A model generated the notes under the pieces. The model had not been told where the DNA came from and made no database searches. It worked only from the letters and a program-made list of their open reading frames with translations. Source: a virus. Taken from it: a stretch of 64,000 nt of DNA. Location: positions 1 through 64,000 of the IMG/VR virus record IMGVR_UViG_3300033143_004671; one strand, given 5' to 3'. Within the stretch, counting starts at the first letter, position 1. Each line of letters opens with the position of its first letter. The position numbers were made by a program, and so were the translations under genes. Positions 56,426 to 64,000 of the stretch are shown in pieces.

Positions 56426-57658
56426 CTATCGCCACACCTCGGCACCAGCCTTAATTCTTTCCATCATACGAAAGTGGTAATCAGATGCAATAGTAGCGAC
56501 ATTAGGCTGCCACGGCGAAGGAAAGACACAAAATCCTTTCGCTCCCAGATCCCTAAACTTCCGACACATCGCAACTACTTTCGCTTTAGATACCAGTGCC
56601 CCGCTATAGTCAGCAAAATTGGAATCTGCCAACAAGGTAATCCACAAATACCCTTCCATATCATGCCTATCCCCAGGATAGTCATTATTAGGTCTCGCTG
56701 TTATCAGAGGAGCAAGATCATTTCCGGCATGGTCTGCATCGTGAGCAAGCCATTCGTCTACCTGACTAGGCGGATCGCTGGCTAACCAAATACCCGGTCC
56801 CGATTCACGTTGTTCGTTTGGATGCTCTACATAGAAGGGACTCATTGGAATGTCCCCCACACCACTAAAGAAGTGCAGGTTCCCATCGTAGTAGTATATT
56901 TTAGGATCGGCACCCGCGGCGCTACGGATGTCGGCCGGCATGGCTGCCTTAGCCCCTATATATTCCTGATCGACTAGTACAAAATCGGGAGACCACCTGC
57001 TTATTACCGTCTGCATGTAATCGAGCCATGCGGCGTATCGCTCGGCATCGGTGTCGAAATCGTAGTAACTGTTATTCTCGTCGCTATCGTCGAAGATACC
57101 ATTCCACGAGATTGTTACCGTTAGTGGATCTGCATACTGTGCCAGAACAGCTTTAAGCCAGACACTATGAGCACCCCCAACAAAGATGCCTACCGCATAG
57201 GCATCGAGGTAGGCGTCAATGATCTCGACCGCCTTGGCATCGGCCTGGGATCCCCCATTATCCAAATCGTAGACCCCATCCCAATCAATCTCGAATGGAA
57301 AAACAATCCTCGTGCTGGCTTCGGAGATCGTCACCTTTAACTCGCGAAGGATAACCTCGGTATGATGATCCATCAGATCCAAATCCCTGACGAATACTAT
57401 CTCGAAAGTCCTGGAGCCAAAAACTACCCTATCGGCTTCCTCGATTCCAGTATACGTCGATGGCACAAACATCTTATGAGTTACAGGGGTCCTCTCTGAA
57501 CCATACAACTCCTGCTCCGTACCCGAAACGGGTTGGATTCGTGCAGGCATGCTAGTATACCTATCCGACCAGGTCAGGATAGACCCCGCCCTGCGTGTAC
57601 CGGACTTCGTACACTCCTGCACATCAACCGTTATGTTCATCAAGGAGTCAAACGACAT
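56426..57658 (-). CDS. Head closure paralog fused to a ~300-aa hydrolase-like domain
   Basis: First ~108 aa align without gaps to 56089-56424. The extension contains PDFVLVDQEY. Confidence 0.7.
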   Translation of the reverse strand: MSFDSLMNITVDVQECTKSGTRRAGSILTWSDRYTSMPARIQPVSGTEQELYGSERTPVTHKMFVPSTYTGIEEADRVVFGSRTFEIVFVRDLDLMDHHTEVILRELKVTISEASTRIVFPFEIDWDGVYDLDNGGSQADAKAVEIIDAYLDAYAVGIFVGGAHSVWLKAVLAQYADPLTVTISWNGIFDDSDENNSYYDFDTDAERYAAWLDYMQTVISRWSPDFVLVDQEYIGAKAAMPADIRSAAGADPKIYYYDGNLHFFSGVGDIPMSPFYVEHPNEQRESGPGIWLASDPPSQVDEWLAHDADHAGNDLAPLITARPNNDYPGDRHDMEGYLWITLLADSNFADYSGALVSKAKVVAMCRKFRDLGAKGFCVFPSPWQPNVATIASDYHFRMMERIKAGAEVWR

Positions 57659-57659
57659 T

Positions 57660-57839
57660 TCAGTCCTTTTTCACCAACCTCTCAAACTTGGCGACGATGG
57701 CACCAAATCCAAACACACCCAATACCTCAAACACCTGAGGAGGGATAGGCACACCACAGGCATTCAGTACGATGCCCGCGATAAGCAAACCAGCAGCCGT
57801 ATACGTCTTTTTACCTTGCATGAACTTCAAAATGCTCAT
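57660..57839 (-). CDS. Small holin-like membrane protein
   Basis: Manual translation MSILKFMQGKKTYTAAGLLIAGIVL...VLGVFGFGAIVAKFERLVKKD: two hydrophobic segments, GAAAGGA RBS. Confidence 0.6.
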   Translation of the reverse strand: MSILKFMQGKKTYTAAGLLIAGIVLNACGVPIPPQVFEVLGVFGFGAIVAKFERLVKKD

Positions 57840-57861
57840 AACTGTTCCTTTCCAACTAGCA

Positions 57862-58728
57862 TCAAACTCCCCTCACGACTACTTTGGCGTGAGGCTGAAG
57901 TTTCTCTCGTATCACACTCATCTGCGTTCTAACGGCAGACGACATTCCTGCTCCCTTCCTATAACTATAATCACCGATCTTCTCCGACTCGAGTGAACCA
58001 TCCTGTTTCGACCAGTCGTAGAACAACTTCACGAGTTCCAGGGTCGCGTTTCGGATGGCCTCTGGTACGTCCTCCCTCGCATATCCAGCGGTATACTCAA
58101 TCAAGATATTCTTGTGTCCGTAGTCCCATCCCTTCGGATTGTACAGTCTACCACTATCGGCATCCTCGATCTCATATTCTGTTTCACTCTCTTCTGGTAT
58201 CACGAGATTGACTATTCGATCCTTTGCCGACTGTGCAGGCACTATCACGAGTTCTGCCGGTGTGTAATCCCCAAACGTATCGACCACTACCGATGTCCAA
58301 CCCGTCAGGGTGTTCACATCGGAGACTAAGGCAGTAATCGTAGCATGATCCGATAGGACAAGATCATTAGTCGTCGTAGTACCCGCTACACGCTTACTCA
58401 GCTTCAAATGAACATCGGTAACCTGGACGGTTGCCCTACTCGCATCCCCATTATCGTATGTCACCGTAGCCACGTCATCTCGATCCGTACTGGCAAGATC
58501 GACCTGTGTCACTGGCACATTTTCGAGCCATAAGTAAGCCCGACCCGTCCCACTATGGTATTCTCGATATGACTGCGAGATTACATTGTAGCCCAACCAG
58601 TCATTGATAACACTACAAGCCTGACTCACCATCTCGTCGATTTTTCTATCGTAGGTCGAGACGGTGACAGGCAAGTATCGCTTCGCATCTTCAAGACTGA
58701 TGATTCCAATTTTGCCGGGAACGGCCAT
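57862..58728 (-). CDS. Head-tail connector (gp6/gp15-like) with internal insertion
   Basis: ISLEDAK.YL, I.YTAGY...VP.AI..A.LEL, SEKIGDYSY. Confidence 0.85.
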   Translation of the reverse strand: MAVPGKIGIISLEDAKRYLPVTVSTYDRKIDEMVSQACSVINDWLGYNVISQSYREYHSGTGRAYLWLENVPVTQVDLASTDRDDVATVTYDNGDASRATVQVTDVHLKLSKRVAGTTTTNDLVLSDHATITALVSDVNTLTGWTSVVVDTFGDYTPAELVIVPAQSAKDRIVNLVIPEESETEYEIEDADSGRLYNPKGWDYGHKNILIEYTAGYAREDVPEAIRNATLELVKLFYDWSKQDGSLESEKIGDYSYRKGAGMSSAVRTQMSVIREKLQPHAKVVVRGV

Positions 58729-59081
58729 CAGATTTCCTCTTGTATGTTTATCTCGATGTCTTTGGTATACTGCACGACCGAGTTTGCATCGGTCACTTTG
58801 AAGGAGCCAACATAGATTCCATACGAATCGCTGATGTCCGCCCAATCACTCGCAGTCGGTGTGATAGTCACCTCGGCATCACTCGCGGGTGATCCGATAC
58901 TAATGTAGTCACTACCCGTCCCTCCCGTATTGCGGATGAAATAGGCCTGAGTGTATCGCTCGTGCCACTTCAACTGAAACTCGACTGTAGCTCCTGTCAA
59001 ATCCAATGCATCACCACTAGCATCGGATAGAGTAATGACCCAATCACGACAGTCCCCCTTATGCACTGTAAAATCGCTCAT
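58728..59081 (-). CDS. BppU-like virion protein
   Basis: KGD.....ITL.D..G...DLTGATV.F motif. Confidence 0.6.
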   Translation of the reverse strand: MSDFTVHKGDCRDWVITLSDASGDALDLTGATVEFQLKWHERYTQAYFIRNTGGTGSDYISIGSPASDAEVTITPTASDWADISDSYGIYVGSFKVTDANSVVQYTKDIEINIQEEI

Positions 59082-59284
59082 TATTCCTGTAGTCCTACTG
59101 TCACGGTCAAGCTCGTCTGTCCTTTAGTTAATCCCGTTACCGATTCCATCCCTTTTGTCAGACCAGTCGTGCCGGTCATTCCAACTGAACTAGAAATAGT
59201 CTGCGAGTCTGCAACGGGGGAGACAGCAGCCGTATGCTTCCATCCCAACGCCCATCTCAATATATCAAATCGTCCTACTGACAT
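59081..59284 (-). CDS. Hypothetical virion protein
   Basis: Overlapping operon packing. Confidence 0.55.
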   Translation of the reverse strand: MSVGRFDILRWALGWKHTAAVSPVADSQTISSSVGMTGTTGLTKGMESVTGLTKGQTSLTVTVGLQE

Positions 59285-60894
59285 TATTGCACTCTCGTAA
59301 TCGGATTAGCATCCACGTCACTCGTCACCTTTTTCGTCAGGTGTGTTGTCGTCCCATCCGTCTTGTATATCGTCCAGTCGGATCCAACTATCTTGCTCTC
59401 CAGGATCGCCTGGACAACGGTATACATTGACCCTCCCTGAGCCGTAGCATCGACATCAGACATACTCGTACTAAGGAAGTCTCTCGTAATGTCACTAATG
59501 TTAGTCAGACCTCTATCTGCCGCGTTCCATATATCAGAAGGGACAGCATGAAAATCAGAATCAGGTGTTGTCAGTGTCCTAGCAGCGGCTCCCCAAGTAT
59601 CACTCGGAACAGCATGAAAATCGCTCAAAGGTGTTGTGAGTGTACGGGTGCCCGCAGCCCACACGTCACTATCGGGAATGTTGAGGTTGGTATCGGCAGT
59701 AAGAACTCTAGTGCTCTGCACCCAAACATCAGATGCTATCTCGTCCTTAGTAGATATGACAGGCACAGAACCATCATTCCACGATGCTACGTTAACATCC
59801 TTTGTGCCTTGCACCCAAACATCCGAAGCAACAGCATCCTTACTAGTAGTAGACAGGGCGAAGTCACTCAATGCGGTTAGTGCCCTATTCGTTTCAGTCC
59901 ATACAGCAGCAGCTACAGCATCCGAAGTAGGAGCACTACCTCCTCCCCCAGTAGTCCACGCCGAGTCACCTCGGTCTCGGATAGCTTCCAAGCTGTCAGT
60001 CGCGTTACTATAATCACTAACATCTCCACCAACAGCTACGATATGAGCAAGGATGGTATTATTGGCCAGGACGCCGCTCAAGTCAGCATCACCAACCTTA
60101 GCCAAGTGGTCGAGATTGTAATCCGTGATGAGGGTATTCAGATTAGTATCCGATGTTAGTGTCCTGGTTCCTGCACCCCATATATCACTCGGAACGGCAT
60201 GGAAGTCGCTAAGAGGTGTAGTAAGAGTTCTAGAGGCCTGTGCCCAAGTATCTGATGCAACGGCATCCTTACTAGCCGTGCTGAGAGCAAACCCGGCCTT
60301 GTCCGTGAGTGCTCTCGCAGCCGCGTTCCATATATCAGAAGGGACAGCATGAAAATCAGAATCAGGTGTTGTCAGTGTCCTTGTTCCAGCAGCCCAGACA
60401 TCCGAGTCTGGCAGATTAGTCGCCGCAGTGAGCACTCTAGTGCTCTGCACCCAAGTATCCGACGCTACCGCGTCTTTACTCGCTGCAGACAAGGCAAATC
60501 CAGTTTTATCGATCTCGGCTGACCTTACACTACCCGTAACGTCACTATTCAGAGCGTAGTAAGCGTCGCTGAACTTAACCGCATAGACAGGCGACTCAAA
60601 GGGCAGGACACCATCAGCGACACCAACGACCCGTAACTCACCTATAGTATTGTTTTGGGCGTCCGAGATACTAATGCTGTACACACCACTACCCTTATGT
60701 GCCCAAGCCCACTGGCCTGCATCCGATAAGGTAATATCGAACTTTGTTGATCCTGCCCCGTTTGTCTTTATCAGATCGACGGACATACCAGCCGCGTTAT
60801 AGGCAACACTGGTCTCCAATGTCTTGAAATCCGTATCATCGACCAACGGACCTACCGTTACGATCCATTCTTTATTGAGGGGTATATCGGGCAT
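59284..60894 (-). CDS. Repeat-containing virion fibre/decoration protein
   Basis: About ten (A/P/D)SD(V/I/T)W...(T/A)R.LT repeats, also visible at DNA level. Confidence 0.7.
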   Translation of the reverse strand: MPDIPLNKEWIVTVGPLVDDTDFKTLETSVAYNAAGMSVDLIKTNGAGSTKFDITLSDAGQWAWAHKGSGVYSISISDAQNNTIGELRVVGVADGVLPFESPVYAVKFSDAYYALNSDVTGSVRSAEIDKTGFALSAASKDAVASDTWVQSTRVLTAATNLPDSDVWAAGTRTLTTPDSDFHAVPSDIWNAAARALTDKAGFALSTASKDAVASDTWAQASRTLTTPLSDFHAVPSDIWGAGTRTLTSDTNLNTLITDYNLDHLAKVGDADLSGVLANNTILAHIVAVGGDVSDYSNATDSLEAIRDRGDSAWTTGGGGSAPTSDAVAAAVWTETNRALTALSDFALSTTSKDAVASDVWVQGTKDVNVASWNDGSVPVISTKDEIASDVWVQSTRVLTADTNLNIPDSDVWAAGTRTLTTPLSDFHAVPSDTWGAAARTLTTPDSDFHAVPSDIWNAADRGLTNISDITRDFLSTSMSDVDATAQGGSMYTVVQAILESKIVGSDWTIYKTDGTTTHLTKKVTSDVDANPITRVQ

Positions 60895-61710
60895 CTAACA
60901 CGCCCTCCTCATTTTATTTCTTTGGTAGTAGTACCAAGACTTAGCGGCTGGCGCGGCCCCCGCCGTAGCCACCGCCCACAGTGCGATGTTGTCGGGCATG
61001 GTTATCAGGGCGTAGGGGTTGGCGTAGATGGCCCGCATCTGCGATGCTGTAAAACCATAGTCCCACACACCAAGAAACTTTGTCGTACCGTCCTGCGTGC
61101 GATCCGCCGCCGCCAGATTGCCGACGTACGCATCGCCAGCAAGCGTAATAGTCCCCGCCACGGTCGCCGAGTCGCTCTGTACCCCGTCAATCCAAAGCTG
61201 CGCCCCATCCGTCTCGCCAGCAACCCAACGCAGCGCGACCATTGTGTCAACGTCGAACTTGCCTGCGGGGAAATTGGTCGATCCGCCGAACGCGGTTCCG
61301 TTGACACGGCCGTAATATCTTCCAAGCGTATTGCCAAAAAAGAGTTCTGCTTCTGTGTTTGTCGCTGTGGCAAACGTCCGGCCATACTCGGTCCCAACCC
61401 CCTGAGATGCGATATTGATAATCGCCACGGCAGTCAGTTGCGACCACCCGTTCATTCTCGTCGAAAGCCCCGCAAGAGCGACCTTCTCTCCCTCCTGATC
61501 TGTTGTTACCCCTCCGTTGGACCACGTGACGCCAGCATCAAGCGTGCCGCGATGACCATTCCCCGACACGTCCATCCAAACCCCGCCGCCGCCCTGGATG
61601 CCGGTGTACAATGCCTGCAAACCGTTCCATAGCGAGGGAGCCTTTGATGACTTGCCCTTGGCCCGGCTGACCGCCAATACCTCGGCGAATGTTGGTCTCC
61701 GTATCGCCAT
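60895..61710 (-). CDS. LamG/ConA-like virion protein
   Basis: W.DVSGNG..GTL, LWIDG, Y.GN, ..VW......QM..IY..PY. Confidence 0.7.
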   Translation of the reverse strand: MAIRRPTFAEVLAVSRAKGKSSKAPSLWNGLQALYTGIQGGGGVWMDVSGNGHRGTLDAGVTWSNGGVTTDQEGEKVALAGLSTRMNGWSQLTAVAIINIASQGVGTEYGRTFATATNTEAELFFGNTLGRYYGRVNGTAFGGSTNFPAGKFDVDTMVALRWVAGETDGAQLWIDGVQSDSATVAGTITLAGDAYVGNLAAADRTQDGTTKFLGVWDYGFTASQMRAIYANPYALITMPDNIALWAVATAGAAPAAKSWYYYQRNKMRRAC

Positions 61711-62171
61711 TACTGCCCTTCTGGGTTGTACGGATACATCTTCAGGAAGTGCGATGACGAATCGGCAAGGTCTTGCCCGCAATCGTTCTTCACGGCAACG
61801 CGAAAATCGTATGGCGACAGCGGCACGCCCAGCACCTGCTGATATTGAAGGCCGTCCGTTTCATCAATGATGAAAATACCATGCAAGGAATTGCCGCTCG
61901 GTTTGATGTTCCCCAGATCGCCATGCTCGCCATCCGCGTACAGCGTTCCGTCATGCTGATAGAACAGATGAAGCTCGAAAATCAGGTTGCCATCGGGGGC
62001 CGCGTCGAAGTCGGCGAGTTTGAGCACAAAATCCGCCCACATGTAATGATACGTTCCGTTGGCGTAATCGCTTGCACCGAGAGCGTACGCGCCTTGAGCA
62101 AGGTTGTCCAATTGTGCAGTTGCAATTACTTCGCTGACCGTTTCCGGGTGCCAGAGTACCTTAGTGGCCAT
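61710..62171 (-). CDS. Hypothetical virion protein
   Basis: 153-aa beta-rich ORF coupled to the LamG gene. Confidence 0.65.
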   Translation of the reverse strand: MATKVLWHPETVSEVIATAQLDNLAQGAYALGASDYANGTYHYMWADFVLKLADFDAAPDGNLIFELHLFYQHDGTLYADGEHGDLGNIKPSGNSLHGIFIIDETDGLQYQQVLGVPLSPYDFRVAVKNDCGQDLADSSSHFLKMYPYNPEGQ

Positions 62172-62174
62172 GGT

Positions 62175-62480
62175 TTAACTCCCGTCCGCGAACACGTCCA
62201 CGGCCGCGTCCACTTTCGTCTGAATGGCCGCGTCGGAGGCCCCTGTGATATTCGCAACCGATGCGTCCTTGTTCCCGGCAATCAACGCAGTAAGCATCTC
62301 CCGCGAGGCGGCGGCGGGATTGGTGAATGTCCGCTTCGCCCAGATCAGCCGGTTTGCGTGGTTCGCTGTTCCCGCGTCCTCGCCACGGACCGTATCGGCG
62401 GCGATAACACACGCCACCTTGACCCTGTTGCGAAGCTCGCTGTTCGAGAGCAGCGGAAGCAATTCGTCGTATGTTGCCAT
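62175..62480 (-). CDS. Hypothetical virion protein
   Basis: 101-aa Ala-rich ORF (E...TANHANR..WA). Confidence 0.65.
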   Translation of the reverse strand: MATYDELLPLLSNSELRNRVKVACVIAADTVRGEDAGTANHANRLIWAKRTFTNPAAASREMLTALIAGNKDASVANITGASDAAIQTKVDAAVDVFADGS

Positions 62481-62561
62481 TACATCTTCTCCATCATTTC
62501 AGTCTCCACTCTCCGGCCCGCCTTCAACCAGGCCTTACTCGTCGCCCTTCTCCAAAGCATA

Positions 62562-62789
62562 TCATTCATTTAGCAGACGCCTAACAAGTACCGTTGCTAC
62601 ACTAGCAATGATTCCGACAAAAGCACCAGCACCTATAACAATACCAACCAACCGTGCCTTGAACAGGTTGATATTCTTGCCATGTGGGCAACCCGCTACA
62701 TGGTCACTGATCTCTTCTTTGAACGCCTCTCTCGCACCTTCCCGTATTGCAGCTTGCAGCAATTCTTTGTCTTGTTCACTTAACGGCAT
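62562..62789 (-). CDS. Small membrane protein (holin-like)
   Basis: C-terminal transmembrane segment; AAAGGA RBS. Confidence 0.5.
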   Translation of the reverse strand: MPLSEQDKELLQAAIREGAREAFKEEISDHVAGCPHGKNINLFKARLVGIVIGAGAFVGIIASVATVLVRRLLNE

Positions 62790-62801
62790 GCCTGTTGTCC
62801 T

Positions 62802-63983
62802 TTACATAGTAACCAATTCTTCCTTCGATACTCTTTCATTTTTGACGTTCAATATGTCTTTGAATAGTTCTATGAACTGTCCCGCTGTTCTAGCCGGATC
62901 AAACTCCCTCTCGGCCCTGCCTCTATTCGTCTCGATGCACTGTTCCTTATGCGTCCTCCAATCCTCCCAAGCATCATCCATCGCTTCCGAGAACCCCGTC
63001 AAATCCTCCTCGTCCGCACTATACAACACATAGGGATTTCCATAGCCAGCAACCACATTTAGACCACATGCCAACGCCTCGCGAATCGTCCTCGTGGCGA
63101 TCTTGTGAGGTGTAATGAGCATATCGCCTGCCGAGTAAACCGTTCTGAGATTACTGACGATAGGCTTCACCTCACCCAATATACCCCTATCCTTCAAACA
63201 GTCGAATAGAGTGTCCCTCGCCAATCCGTTACCATCTATTCCATAAATATGAAGTTTGGCGCCTTCGTGTTTTTCCGCGAACAGGACAAAGGCGTTGAGA
63301 ATATGGAACGGGTCCTTATCCTTCCGCCAAATGTCGGCCATCACAACGTTGATTTCTCCCTTATTCCCACCGAAGTCATAATCAGTCTCCTCCCTGGTCC
63401 AGTAGTCGAGATCGACAAAAGGCTGAAATTGCCGAACGGGCTGGAAGACAAGTTTCCAGTACCGCTCGAATCCCGGCCACAAGGTCACCATGCATTTCCA
63501 TCTTTCGTCCTGCATCATATCCTTGTACATCGAGTAGATCGGTGACCCACCATCCCGCTCGATCCGATATGAGCTATTAGGCCGTCCATGTGCCACATGA
63601 ACTCTCGGTATATCCAGAGTATCGAAGGCGGGTGTCAGGCCACCATGGCTTACTATCACATCCGATGTTTTGGCAAAAGCAAAGTCGGCTATTACAACAC
63701 CCCGATCTGCGGAGTAGGCCGGAGGGCGGATACCTACCTCGTCCTTCTTATCGACTACACTGAACACATAGTCGCACTTCGGGCACTTCACCCCACGGCT
63801 GCTTCTGGCAAACACCTTGCCCCGCTTCTCCCTCGAAGACGGTCTTGGATCGACAATCATTGCATTGACACCTAAGGCCCGCTCCGCCTTCACGAGTTCG
63901 CGGACAGTCTCGTACATACCCGATAGATGGGATGTAACGGGAACTACGTGACTCACTCTCAACTTTTTCTTTCGTCTCTTCAT
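62802..63983 (-). CDS. Glycosyltransferase family 4 with CxxC insert, inside the structural operon
   Basis: SG.YE..REL, H.AHG, R.DKDP, IREALACGL.VV. Confidence 0.85.
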   Translation of the reverse strand: MKRRKKKLRVSHVVPVTSHLSGMYETVRELVKAERALGVNAMIVDPRPSSREKRGKVFARSSRGVKCPKCDYVFSVVDKKDEVGIRPPAYSADRGVVIADFAFAKTSDVIVSHGGLTPAFDTLDIPRVHVAHGRPNSSYRIERDGGSPIYSMYKDMMQDERWKCMVTLWPGFERYWKLVFQPVRQFQPFVDLDYWTREETDYDFGGNKGEINVVMADIWRKDKDPFHILNAFVLFAEKHEGAKLHIYGIDGNGLARDTLFDCLKDRGILGEVKPIVSNLRTVYSAGDMLITPHKIATRTIREALACGLNVVAGYGNPYVLYSADEEDLTGFSEAMDDAWEDWRTHKEQCIETNRGRAEREFDPARTAGQFIELFKDILNVKNERVSKEELVTM

Positions 63984-64000
63984 TCTTTCTTCCTGTTAGT

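Noticed and set aside
59500-60480. DNA repeats as DGR template/variable repeats
   Set aside because: They are in-frame coding repeats, with no reverse transcriptase in the window and no evident adenine-specific variation.
1-64000. Genome-wide stop-codon reassignment
   Set aside because: Conserved genes are full length in the standard code and end in TAA, TAG and TGA, often with start/stop overlaps.

Overview
The window is 64 kb of a large tailed dsDNA phage genome (Caudoviricetes, long non-contractile-tail gene set). No integrase, large terminase, portal or capsid gene is visible, so these probably lie outside the window. Layout: (1) 1-2.5 kb, minus strand: small-terminase-like gene, iteron/hairpin origin and replication initiator. 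(2) 2.6-38.2 kb, plus strand: replication, recombination and modification operons (QueE, three DNA methyltransferases, beta clamp, clamp loader, UDG-PolA fusion, gp32-like SSB, UvsY-like, RecA, RuvC, split SbcC plus SbcD, primase, DnaB, two SNF2 helicases) with an embedded 8-kb glycan-tailoring island. (3) 38.2-48.1 kb: early region of small genes behind repeated initiation cassettes, DUF932 and a sigma-like factor. (4) 48.1-64 kb, minus strand: tail and neck genes. Top observations: (a) an 8-unit stem-loop dual-spacer array at 18692-19165 directly upstream of a nuclease-less Nop/IS110-like gene, matching a TIGR-Tas (TasA-type) RNA-guided system, whose reconstructed 18-bp targets resemble promoters and ribosome-binding sites; (b) strong Ser-Asp dipeptide enrichment in virion proteins alongside phage glycosyltransferases and sulfotransferases, suggesting an undescribed sequon-directed virion glycosylation system; (c) a shared C-terminal (G/R)FF tail on modification enzymes that may tether them to the phage clamp. 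All calls come from reading motifs by eye; no database searches were run.
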